Positions 43,224 to 51,534 of a stretch of DNA of 64,000 bases are shown piece by piece (position 1 is the stretch's first letter; the number at the start of each line of letters is the position of its first letter). The DNA lies in contig SFPL01000025.1 of assembly GCA_004551905.1 (NCBI GenBank), positions 2,757 to 66,756 of the forward strand, given 5' to 3'. This DNA is from Lentisphaeraceae bacterium. GTDB taxonomy: Bacteria > Verrucomicrobiota > Kiritimatiellia > RFP12 > UBA1067. Under the pieces are notes generated by a model, which was not told the origin of the DNA, searched no databases, and saw only the letters and a program-made list of their open reading frames with translations. The translations under genes and the position numbers were made by a program.

Positions 43224-44300
43224 ATGGCAATTGGATGCGACAGAAGGGCGTTCATCGGCGGCGCGGCGGCGGCGCTGGCGGCGGGCTGCGTGGGACCAGC
43301 GACGAAGGAAGTGGCTGAAGCCGCGGCGCTCGCGGCGACGCGGAAGTGGTTCAAGGAGGCCCAGTTCGGGATGATGGCCCACTGGGGTCTCTACACGCTT
43401 CTCGGCGGCGAATGGAACGGCAAGCCCGGCGTGCGCGCCTACGGCGAGTGGATCCAGTACGGCAACAAGATCCCGTTGAAGGACTACTCCGCGCTCGCCA
43501 AGGCGTTCAACCCGGTGCTGTTCGATCCGCTCGACTGGATGAAGCGCGCCAGCGACGCGGGGATGAAGTACTTCGTCATCACCTCCAAGCACCACGACGG
43601 CTTTGCGCTCTACCGCTCGAAGGCGTCGAAGTACAACGTGGTGGACGCGACGCCGTTCGGTCGCGACATCATCGAGGAGATCGCCGAGGCCTGCCGCGCC
43701 ACCGGCATCAAGCTCGGCCTCTACTACTCCCAGGACCTCGACTGGAGCGACCCCGACGGCGGCGGGCTCAAGAACGCCACCGCCAAGGTCAACTGGGGCG
43801 ACGAGGACTGGCGCAACACCTGGGATTGGCCGACCGACCGCAGCTACGACTTCACCCGCTACTTCGAGCGCAAGTGCAAGCCGCAGGTGAAGGAGATCCT
43901 CACCCAGTACGGCGACCTCTGCCTGGTCTGGTTCGACGTTCCCTGCACCATCACCAAGGAGCAGTGCCTGGAGCTCAAGGGCATGGTGCGCCGCTACCAG
44001 CCCGGCTGTCTCATCAACGGCAGGCTCGGCTACGGCCTCGGCGACTACCAGACGCCGGGCGACAACATGATCGCCGAGAAGACCGAGGCCGGGGTGCTCT
44101 ACGAGACCGTGGGCACGATGAACGACTCGTGGGGGTACCGTCCGACCGACACCCACTACAAGACCGTGGCGGAGATCCTCAAGATCAAGGCCGACTGCGC
44201 CAAGATCGGCTCGAACTACATGCTCAACATCGGCCCCGATCCGCTCGGGCGCATTCCGGTCGCGGGCATCCAGATCCTCGACGGCCTCGCCAAGGCGTGA
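43224..44300 (+). CDS. alpha-L-fucosidase, glycoside hydrolase family 29, Tat/lipoprotein-type signal
   Basis: 'RRAFIGGAAAALAAGC' is a Tat-like signal with a lipobox-like Cys. 'WFKEAQFGMMAHWGLYT' and 'YFVITSKHHDGFALY' are GH29 N-terminal motifs. Confidence 0.85.
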   Translation: MAIGCDRRAFIGGAAAALAAGCVGPATKEVAEAAALAATRKWFKEAQFGMMAHWGLYTLLGGEWNGKPGVRAYGEWIQYGNKIPLKDYSALAKAFNPVLFDPLDWMKRASDAGMKYFVITSKHHDGFALYRSKASKYNVVDATPFGRDIIEEIAEACRATGIKLGLYYSQDLDWSDPDGGGLKNATAKVNWGDEDWRNTWDWPTDRSYDFTRYFERKCKPQVKEILTQYGDLCLVWFDVPCTITKEQCLELKGMVRRYQPGCLINGRLGYGLGDYQTPGDNMIAEKTEAGVLYETVGTMNDSWGYRPTDTHYKTVAEILKIKADCAKIGSNYMLNIGPDPLGRIPVAGIQILDGLAKA

Positions 44301-45751
44301 TGGTGAGGCTGGAGTCCGCGATAGTCGCGCTTGCCGCGCTTGTCGCCGTCGGCTGCTCCACCATCGGCGCGGCTCGCCGCGCCCAGCGCGCCGCGGAGCC
44401 TGCCGCCAGCGGCGAGCAGGCCGCCGTCGGGCGCGTCTCGCTCGCGGGGCGCGGCCTTGCCGGACTCGTCGACTTCGCGCTCACCAACCGTCCCCAGATT
44501 GTGCGCTCGCGGCTGGCGGTGGAGGATGAGCGGCTGGCGCTCCGCGCACTTGCCGCCGACGCGCCGCTCGCGAGCTCCACGCCCTGGACTGCCCTCACGG
44601 CGTCAGTTGGCGCCGGCTTCGGCGGCTCGGAGTCATCCCAGGACTTCCGCGAGGCGAAGCGCATCCACGGCGGCACTGCCTCGGCCTCGCTGTCGCTTGA
44701 TCTGCTGATCTGGGACTTCGGCCGTTACAATGCCCGCGCCTCGGCGCAGCGCGAGCGCGTCCTCGCCGCGGAGCTGGACCTCGCCGCCGCCGGCTACACC
44801 GTGTTCAAGGAAGTCGTGGACACCTACTTCGACCTCCTGGAGCGCGATGCGTTGCTCGTCGTCGCCTGCACCAACGAACACGAGTTCGCGGTGCATCTCG
44901 AGCAGGCCGAGCGCGCGCTCGAGGCCGGCGAGTTGCAGGAGCTGGACGTCCTACGGGCGCGGCTCGACCTCTCGGTCGCGAAGGAGAAGACGCTTTCGGC
45001 GTCAAACGCCGTCACCACCGCCTTCGCCCAGCTCGCGTGCGCACTCGGGCTCGACGCCTCGCTCGTCGAGCGCGAGGACGTGCTGCCGCGCCTGGAGGAT
45101 CCGCTCCGCTTCGTCATGCAGGGCTTTGCCGCGACGACCGGCGGCTCGGACGAGGTCTACGCCTTCGCCCGCACCAACTCGCCGGCGATGCAGGTTACGC
45201 GCGCCAAGCTGCGCGCGGCGTCCGCGGCGGTCGACGCGGCGGTTGCGGACCTGATGCCGGAGGTATCGGTGTCGGCGTCGCTTTCCTGGACCGATCCGAT
45301 GTGGGCGCTGAAGTGGGGCGTGTCGGCGGCGCAGTCGCTCTTCCAGGGCTTCCGCCGCACCACGGCGGTCGACCGCGCGCGGGTGGCGCTGGAGCAGGCC
45401 GAGACCGACGTCGCCGCCGCCGAGCATACGCTCTCGCGCGACCTGGAGCTCGCGGTCGCCGCGCGCGATAACGCCGCCGAGGCGCAGTTGCGCGCCGAGG
45501 ACTCGCTCCGCCAGGCACTGGAGAACTTCGCGGTGGTGAGGAGCAAGTTCGAGCTCGGCGAGGCCAACCGGGTGGACTTCGGGGACGCCGTCGCGGCGCT
45601 CTCGTCGTCTGTCGGCGGCGTCGTGAGCGCGTTCTACAGCGGCCAGGTCGCCGAAGCCGATCTCTTCAGGCTCGCCGGGGTTTATCCTGTTTACGACGAA
45701 AAGGCTGTCGTCGCGAGCGACGCGATCAACAAGCTGGAGGAGGGGAAATGA
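44300..45751 (+). CDS. TolC-like outer membrane efflux protein
   Basis: The start is coupled to the fucosidase stop by ATGA. It has a lipoprotein-like signal 'ALAALVAVGCS', about 480 aa, and two repeats of Ala/Leu/Arg/Glu-rich coiled-coil segments typical of the OMF family. Confidence 0.65.
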   Translation: MVRLESAIVALAALVAVGCSTIGAARRAQRAAEPAASGEQAAVGRVSLAGRGLAGLVDFALTNRPQIVRSRLAVEDERLALRALAADAPLASSTPWTALTASVGAGFGGSESSQDFREAKRIHGGTASASLSLDLLIWDFGRYNARASAQRERVLAAELDLAAAGYTVFKEVVDTYFDLLERDALLVVACTNEHEFAVHLEQAERALEAGELQELDVLRARLDLSVAKEKTLSASNAVTTAFAQLACALGLDASLVEREDVLPRLEDPLRFVMQGFAATTGGSDEVYAFARTNSPAMQVTRAKLRAASAAVDAAVADLMPEVSVSASLSWTDPMWALKWGVSAAQSLFQGFRRTTAVDRARVALEQAETDVAAAEHTLSRDLELAVAARDNAAEAQLRAEDSLRQALENFAVVRSKFELGEANRVDFGDAVAALSSSVGGVVSAFYSGQVAEADLFRLAGVYPVYDEKAVVASDAINKLEEGK

Positions 45752-47028
45752 CGAGATGCGAGATTGCCGCAGCCGCGCTGGCGACGGCGCTTGTTGCCGG
45801 GTGCTCCGACGGCACCGCCGCCGGGTCGTCAAAGAATGGGCCGGCGTTCCGGTTCGCGCCGATCGTGCGGACGGACATCGTGCGCACGGTGGAGGCGACC
45901 GGCAAGGTGACGCCGCGCAACACCGCCGACGGCATCCCCGTCGGCGCGCAGGTGAATGGCAAGGTCATCAAGATGTTCGTGGACTACAACTCCACCGTCA
46001 CCAACGGCCAGGTGGTGGCGCTCATCGACCCGCTCGTCTACGAGGCGACGTACAAGAGCGCACTGGCGCAGCTGCATGTCAACGAGGCCAATGTCGAGGT
46101 GCGCCGGGCGGCGGTGGAGTCCGCCAAGGCGGCGCTCGACCTCGCCGAGAAGACGTTCGCGCGCAAGCGGTCGCTCGCCGAGCGCAAGCTCGCCGCGCAG
46201 GCCGACTTCGACAGCGCTGAGTCCGCGCTCGCCCGCGCGAAGGCGGACCTCGGCAGCGCCGAGGCGGCAGTGAAGAGCGCGCTCGCGAGCGTCGAGCAGA
46301 GCGAGGCGGCGGTGAGTAAGGCGAAGGCCGACCTCGACTACTGCACCATCCGCTCGCCAGTCAACGGCGTGGTGATCGCACGCAAGGTGGACGAGGGCGA
46401 GACCGTGGTCTCGTCCATGAATGCGGTGCCGGTGCTGACGATCGCCGAGGACCTGAAGACGATCTGGATCGAGGCGACGGTGCCCGAGGCCGACGTCGGC
46501 GACATCAAGGTGGGGCAGGAGGTTACCTTCACCGCCGACGCCTACCGCCGCCGCTTCAAGGGCAAGGTGCGGCAGATCCGCCTCGCCGCCACCACCACCA
46601 ACAACGTGGTCACCTATCCGATCATCATCGAGGCGGACAACCCCGGCGAAATGCTCTTCCCCGGCATGACCGCCACGCTCTCCATCGAGACGGCGCGTGC
46701 CGAAAACGCGATCGTCGTCTCTGCGGCGGCGTTCAGGTTCCGTCCCAAGGACTCCGACCGGGCTTCGGGCGAGGCGCCGCGCGGCCGGAAGATCTGGCTC
46801 GTCGGGCCGGACGGCAAGCTCTCCGCCAGGGCTGTTTCCGAGGGCGTCACCGACGGCTCCTTCACCCAGATCCTCGACGCCGACGACCTCGAGGGCTCCA
46901 AGGCGGTTGCCGGCTACGAGACGGTCCGCACCGCCGCCGCGTCCGCCGCCGGCGATACCCGCAATCCGTTCATGCCCAAGATGCCGCGCCGCGGCACCCG
47001 CGGCACCGCCCCCGAGCCGAAGAAGTAA
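45748..47028 (+). CDS. efflux periplasmic adaptor subunit (HlyD/MacA family), lipoprotein
   Basis: Lipobox 'LVAGCSDG', a long coiled-coil region ('SAEAAVKSALASVEQSEAAVSKAKADL') and 'CTIRSPVNGVV' are present. A beta-barrel/MP domain follows. Confidence 0.8.
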   Translation: MTRCEIAAAALATALVAGCSDGTAAGSSKNGPAFRFAPIVRTDIVRTVEATGKVTPRNTADGIPVGAQVNGKVIKMFVDYNSTVTNGQVVALIDPLVYEATYKSALAQLHVNEANVEVRRAAVESAKAALDLAEKTFARKRSLAERKLAAQADFDSAESALARAKADLGSAEAAVKSALASVEQSEAAVSKAKADLDYCTIRSPVNGVVIARKVDEGETVVSSMNAVPVLTIAEDLKTIWIEATVPEADVGDIKVGQEVTFTADAYRRRFKGKVRQIRLAATTTNNVVTYPIIIEADNPGEMLFPGMTATLSIETARAENAIVVSAAAFRFRPKDSDRASGEAPRGRKIWLVGPDGKLSARAVSEGVTDGSFTQILDADDLEGSKAVAGYETVRTAAASAAGDTRNPFMPKMPRRGTRGTAPEPKK

Positions 47029-47723
47029 TGTCTCACCTCATCGAGCTAAGGGACCTCTACAAGATCTACGCGCAGGGCGAGGAGCCGGTGCACGCGCTGG
47101 ACGGCGTGTCGGTCTCGGTCGACGAGGGGGAGTTCGTCGCGATCATGGGCGCGTCCGGCTCGGGCAAGTCGACGATGCTCAACATCCTCGGCTGCCTCGA
47201 CACGCCGACCTCCGGCTCCTACCTGCTCGACGGCATCGAGGTCGCGCGGCGCACGCGGCGCGAGCTCGCTCACATCCGCAACCGCAAGCTCGGGTTCGTC
47301 TTCCAGAACTTCAACCTGCTGCCGCGCACCAGCGCGGTGGAGCAGGTGGAGCTGCCCGACCTCTACATGGGCAGGCTCTCCCGCTCCGCCCGCCGCCTCC
47401 GCGCGCTGGAGCTCCTCGACCGCGTGGGGCTCGGCGGCCGCGCCACCCACAAGCCGTCGGAGCTCTCCGGCGGCCAGCAGCAGCGCGTAGCCATCGCTCG
47501 CGCGCTCATGAACGAACCGCCGGTGCTTTTCGCCGACGAGCCGACTGGCAACCTCGACACCATGGCGTCGGTCGAAATCATGAAGCTCTTCACCGAGCTT
47601 TCCGCCGAGGGGATAACAATCGTGATGGTCACCCACGAGGACGATATCGCAGCCTACGCGAAGCGCCACCTGGTGATGAAGGACGGCAAGCTGGTCCGCG
47701 ACGACCGACGTAATCTTGGATGA
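47028..47723 (+). CDS. ABC transporter ATP-binding protein (MacB/LolD-like ATPase domain only)
   Basis: Walker A is 'GASGSGKST', the signature is '[15 protein letters not shown]' and Walker B is '[11 protein letters not shown]'. At 231 aa it has no FtsX/permease domain, and no permease gene follows. Confidence 0.9.
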   Translation: MSHLIELRDLYKIYAQGEEPVHALDGVSVSVDEGEFVAIMGASGSGKSTMLNILGCLDTPTSGSYLLDGIEVARRTRRELAHIRNRKLGFVFQNFNLLPRTSAVEQVELPDLYMGRLSRSARRLRALELLDRVGLGGRATHKPSELSGGQQQRVAIARALMNEPPVLFADEPTGNLDTMASVEIMKLFTELSAEGITIVMVTHEDDIAAYAKRHLVMKDGKLVRDDRRNLG

Positions 47724-47766
47724 TAGCGGGAATCGCGGCTACGGGCTGTGCATTTAGGCGGGGATT

Positions 47767-47777
47767 TTTGGTATAAT
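47767..47777 (+). promoter_or_regulatory. extended -10 TTTGGTATAAT upstream of the aldose-epimerase gene
   Basis: A motif copy (TTTGGTATAATTC). The ATG is at 47820. Confidence 0.35.
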
Positions 47778-47819
47778 TCACCTTCAGCATTGACCTAAAA
47801 GAGCTGATACGGACCAGAC

Positions 47820-48737
47820 ATGAACGCCGAATACCTCAACTCACACTACGGCGCCCCCGGGCGCATCGTCTTCCGAGCCGGCCTCGCCGGCTACCCCAAC
47901 GCGCTCATCGCCAACAAGTACGGCTCGGCCGAGATCTCGCTTCTCGGCGCGAACGTGCTCGACTACCGCCCGACAGGCGTCGGGCCGGTGATCTTCCGCC
48001 CGGCGAAGCGCGACTACAACCGCGGCGACTCGATCCATGCGGGCGTTCCGGTCTGCTGGCCGCAGTTCGGCAACCGTTTCTCCAAGGAGCTCCCGCAGCA
48101 CGGCTTCGCGCGCAGGCTCGTCTTTGAGGTCCGCGGCACCGAGTACTCCGAGGAGAAGACCGAGATCGTGCTGGGACTCAGGTCCGACGCCGAGACCCGC
48201 AAGGTCTGGCCCCACGACTTCGACCTCGAGTACACGGTCTCGGTGACGATGAAGCTCAATCTCGCGCTCGCCACCACCAACACCGGGTCGGAGCCGTTCG
48301 CCTTCAGCTGCGGCTTCCACCCCTATCTCCGCGTCGGCGAGCGCGACCGCTCGCGCGTGCGCGGGCTCGACGGCCTCGTCTACTTCGACGGCGTCGCCGG
48401 CGTGCCGGACATGGCGCAGTGCGGCGACCTCGCGCTCGACCACGACACCGACCACATCTTCGCCATGCCGACCGCCCCCAAGCACGAGTATGCGCTCGTC
48501 GACGAGTCCGCCGGCCGCGCGACCGCGCTGGTCTCGTCCGGCAACGACGCCGCGGTGGTCTGGAACCCGGGCCCGGGCGGGAAGCTCGCGGACCTCGAGC
48601 CGGAGGACTGGCGGCGTTTCGCCTGCGTCGAGCCGGTGAGCGACTGGCCCGGCGGCCGCACCCTCGCGCCCGGCGAGCGCCACGTCCTCGCCGCGTCGAT
48701 CCAGTGCACGCTCCGTCCCGGCCGTTCAGAGGGCTGA
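47820..48737 (+). CDS. aldose 1-epimerase family protein (glucose-6-phosphate 1-epimerase / YeaD-like)
   Basis: 'GGIPVCWPQFG' appears here as 'AGVPVCWPQFGNRF', and 'GFHPYL' and 'VVWNPG' match the D-hexose-6-phosphate mutarotase family. Confidence 0.7.
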   Translation: MNAEYLNSHYGAPGRIVFRAGLAGYPNALIANKYGSAEISLLGANVLDYRPTGVGPVIFRPAKRDYNRGDSIHAGVPVCWPQFGNRFSKELPQHGFARRLVFEVRGTEYSEEKTEIVLGLRSDAETRKVWPHDFDLEYTVSVTMKLNLALATTNTGSEPFAFSCGFHPYLRVGERDRSRVRGLDGLVYFDGVAGVPDMAQCGDLALDHDTDHIFAMPTAPKHEYALVDESAGRATALVSSGNDAAVVWNPGPGGKLADLEPEDWRRFACVEPVSDWPGGRTLAPGERHVLAASIQCTLRPGRSEG

Positions 48738-48741
48738 GGCC

Positions 48742-49425
48742 ATGGGGATGATGCGCGAGCGGGCCGACGAGAGCCATGTGCTGCACGTGAAGGACATCAC
48801 GCGCCCGATTGAGTTCGACCTTTCGCGTCCGCTGGAGGTGGAGGTGGGCTGCGGCAAGGGACGGTTCCTCGTCGCGCGCGCGGCGGCGAACCCGGACTGC
48901 GACTTCCTCGGCATCGAGCGGATGCTCGAGCGCGTGCGGCTCTTCGACGGCAAGTGTCGGCGCGGGCACGTGGACAACGCGGCGGTGCTGCGGCTCGAGG
49001 CGCTCTACACCTTCCACTACCTGCTGCCCGCCCACCACATCCGCCGCGTATACGTGTTCTTCCCCGACCCATGGCCGAAGAAGAAGCACCATTCGCACCG
49101 GCTCTTCGGCCCGCTCTTCCGCAACGCGCTGTGGAAGCGCCTCGAGACCGGCGGGAAGATCGAGTTCGCGACCGACCACGGGGAGTACTTCGGCGAGGTG
49201 TGCGAAGGGTTCGCCGCGGACGCGCGCTTCCGCCGCGTCGAGCCGATGCCGCGGCCGAAGGAGGTGTGGACGGAGTTCGAGGAGATGTTCCGCGAGCAGG
49301 GGCTGCCGATCCACGCCGCCGCATGGGAGGCGCTCGCAGGCGACGACGCGCCGCTTGCGCCGCTCACGGTGCCGCCGGAGGCGGAGCCGCGCGAAGGGGT
49401 GGCGAGGCGTCCGCCGCGGGAATAA
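48742..49425 (+). CDS. trmB: tRNA (guanine46-N7)-methyltransferase
   Basis: 'VEVGCGKGRFL' is the SAM motif and 'FFPDPWPKKKHHSHRL' is the TrmB signature. Confidence 0.85.
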   Translation: MGMMRERADESHVLHVKDITRPIEFDLSRPLEVEVGCGKGRFLVARAAANPDCDFLGIERMLERVRLFDGKCRRGHVDNAAVLRLEALYTFHYLLPAHHIRRVYVFFPDPWPKKKHHSHRLFGPLFRNALWKRLETGGKIEFATDHGEYFGEVCEGFAADARFRRVEPMPRPKEVWTEFEEMFREQGLPIHAAAWEALAGDDAPLAPLTVPPEAEPREGVARRPPRE

Positions 49426-49474
49426 CGGGTTTCACAAGAACAAACAACGCAAGCAACGGAAGGAACAACGGAAA

Positions 49475-50194
49475 ATGGCAATTTTGGCAAGTTCGCTCGT
49501 AGACGGGTACATGAAGTCGAACTTCATGGGCCAGAGCATCGTGCTCGTCCAGCTGCTGGGCTCGGTCGTCATGGTGGCGGTCGCGATCGGCAAGTGGAAG
49601 TCGCTGGCGTCGTACGCCGGCGCGGCGCGGCGGTTTCTGCGCGACTTCGCGACCGGCAACACCGTGCTTGAATACTACATGCGCCGGCGCCCGAACGTCC
49701 GCCGCGGCGTCGAGGGCATCTACAAGGTGACGTGCGAGCGGCTCCTCGCGCTGCTCACGCCCGAGGTCCGCTCGCATCTCGTCGGCCAGCAGGACGATGG
49801 CGCGGCGGCGCTCACGGCGCGCGAGATCGAGCTCGTGCGCGGCACCTGCGAGCACATGCTCGACGAGGAGGAGATCCTCGTCGGCAAGGGCATGGGGATC
49901 ATCGCGACGATCGTGGCGCTTGCGCCGATGCTGGGACTGCTCGGCACGGTGTGGGGCGTCCTCGACGCGTTCGCGGAGATGGGCGCCGCCGGCAGCGCCA
50001 ACCTCGCGACGATCGCGCCGTCGATCTCCTCCGCGCTGGTGACGACGGTGGTGGGCCTGATCGTCGCCATCCCCGGCACCGCGCTCTTCACCCGGCTGAA
50101 CGCCTCGATCAGGTCTATCAGCGCCGACATGGAGGGCTTCGCCGACGAGCTCGTCGGCCGCATCGCCTGCGAGTACCAGGGGAAGGGGGCCTGA
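49475..50194 (+). CDS. exbB: MotA/TolQ/ExbB proton-channel protein
   Basis: 'APMLGLLGTVWGVLDAF' and 'IAPSISSALVTTVVGLIVAIP' are the conserved TM2/TM3 motifs. Confidence 0.85.
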   Translation: MAILASSLVDGYMKSNFMGQSIVLVQLLGSVVMVAVAIGKWKSLASYAGAARRFLRDFATGNTVLEYYMRRRPNVRRGVEGIYKVTCERLLALLTPEVRSHLVGQQDDGAAALTAREIELVRGTCEHMLDEEEILVGKGMGIIATIVALAPMLGLLGTVWGVLDAFAEMGAAGSANLATIAPSISSALVTTVVGLIVAIPGTALFTRLNASIRSISADMEGFADELVGRIACEYQGKGA

Positions 50195-50198
50195 GAAG

Positions 50199-50615
50199 AT
50201 GTCGATGAGGCGCAGGGCGCGCGCGCGGCGCGAAGGGGCGAAGGCGGAGATCAACATGAACTCTCTCATCGACCTCACCTTCATCCTCCTGGTGGTGTTC
50301 ATCGTAACGCTGCCGACGCTGGAGCAGTCGATCCACGTGCTGCTGCCGGTCGGCAAGACCCAGAAGGCGCAGAACGACAAAAAGAAGGTGTTCTCCATCA
50401 CCGTCGACTCGATCGGCAAGCTCTTCGTCGGCGATGCACCGGTCACGATGGAAAACCTCAAGGGTATGCTCTCGAAGGCGGTGGCCGACGACCCGGAGCT
50501 GAGCGTGCTGGTCCGCGGCGACGTGCGCGTCGGCTACGGCGACGTCTACGAGGTGGTCAAGGCGGCGAAGGACGCGAACGTGCGCCACCTCGGCCTCGTC
50601 AGCAGGGAGAACTGA
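50199..50615 (+). CDS. exbD: ExbD/TolR biopolymer transport protein
   Basis: 'MNSLIDLTFILLVVFIV' is the single TM, with a periplasmic domain. It is 138 aa. Confidence 0.85.
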   Translation: MSMRRRARARREGAKAEINMNSLIDLTFILLVVFIVTLPTLEQSIHVLLPVGKTQKAQNDKKKVFSITVDSIGKLFVGDAPVTMENLKGMLSKAVADDPELSVLVRGDVRVGYGDVYEVVKAAKDANVRHLGLVSREN

Positions 50616-50628
50616 GGCGACTGAGGCG

Positions 50629-51519
50629 ATGGAGATCTGGAGACCAGAGAACCCCGACGAGCGCGAGCCCAAGGTGCTCAGCGCCGCCAACCTGTGCATC
50701 GCCGTCGCGCTGCACGTGGCGCTCTTCGCCGGTTTCTGGGTCTTCGCCGTCTTCCACGGGCTCTTCGACAAGGAGGAGGAAATCATCCCCATCGACCTTA
50801 CCGTGGTGGTGGTCGAGAATCTCGACGGCAAGGAGGACGAGCCGCCGCCGCTAAAGAAGCCGGAGCCTCCTCCTCCTCCTCCTCCGAAACCCAAGATGAC
50901 GAAACCCAAACCGGAGCCGAAGAAACCCGATCCGCCGAAGGAACTCGAGAAAATCGCCACCAACGTGGTGGCGAAGATCGAGAAGAAGAAGGACGAGCCC
51001 AAGAAAACCGAGAAGAAAGAGGAACCCAAGAAGACGAAGGAGGAGCTGCGCAGGGAACGGATGAACGACATGCGCAAAAGAGCAAAGGTGGTCAACAAGA
51101 CGACCATCGTCAAGGCGTCGAGCAAGCCGCAGCCGAATGGCCGCACCGACAGGAAGACGCTCACCGATGCCGAAATCGCCAAGCTATTAAACCAGGGATA
51201 CAAGCCGGGCAGGTCGACCAATCTCGCCTCCAATGCCGAGCAGCTGGCCTATTCGCTGATCAAGCAGGAATTTGAGCGGAAGTGGGATGTTCCGCCGTGG
51301 ACCGACACCCTGAAGCCGATGACGATCCGGGTGTGGTTCGGTCCTGGTGGTAGGATTGTGAAGAAAAAGATTGAGAAGAGCTCTGGCGACATCCGTGCGG
51401 ACCAGTCGCTCAAGGCCGCCGCCGAGCGCGTCGGGGCGATACCTGCGCTGGCGCCGGAGTTCATCGAGAAGTACCGCAAGAGCGGCGTGCCTCTGCAGTT
51501 CACGGTCAAGCCGCACTAA
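50629..51519 (+). CDS. tonB: TonB-family energy transducer (proline/lysine-rich spacer, C-terminal TonB domain)
   Basis: N-terminal TM 'IAVALHVALFAGFWVFAVF', spacer 'PPPPPPPKPKMTKPKPEPKKPDPPK', and a C-terminal roughly 90-aa domain. Confidence 0.7.
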   Translation: MEIWRPENPDEREPKVLSAANLCIAVALHVALFAGFWVFAVFHGLFDKEEEIIPIDLTVVVVENLDGKEDEPPPLKKPEPPPPPPPKPKMTKPKPEPKKPDPPKELEKIATNVVAKIEKKKDEPKKTEKKEEPKKTKEELRRERMNDMRKRAKVVNKTTIVKASSKPQPNGRTDRKTLTDAEIAKLLNQGYKPGRSTNLASNAEQLAYSLIKQEFERKWDVPPWTDTLKPMTIRVWFGPGGRIVKKKIEKSSGDIRADQSLKAAAERVGAIPALAPEFIEKYRKSGVPLQFTVKPH

Positions 51520-51534
51520 GGGGGCGATGGCGGG

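Noticed and set aside
43055-47723. The idea that the conserved C-terminal tails of the giant proteins are type I secretion signals exported by the nearby TolC / adaptor / ABC ATPase genes.
   Set aside because: Both giant proteins have classical N-terminal Sec signal peptides, which T1SS substrates lack. The ABC component has no C39 peptidase or transmembrane domain, and there are no RTX GGxGxD nonapeptides.
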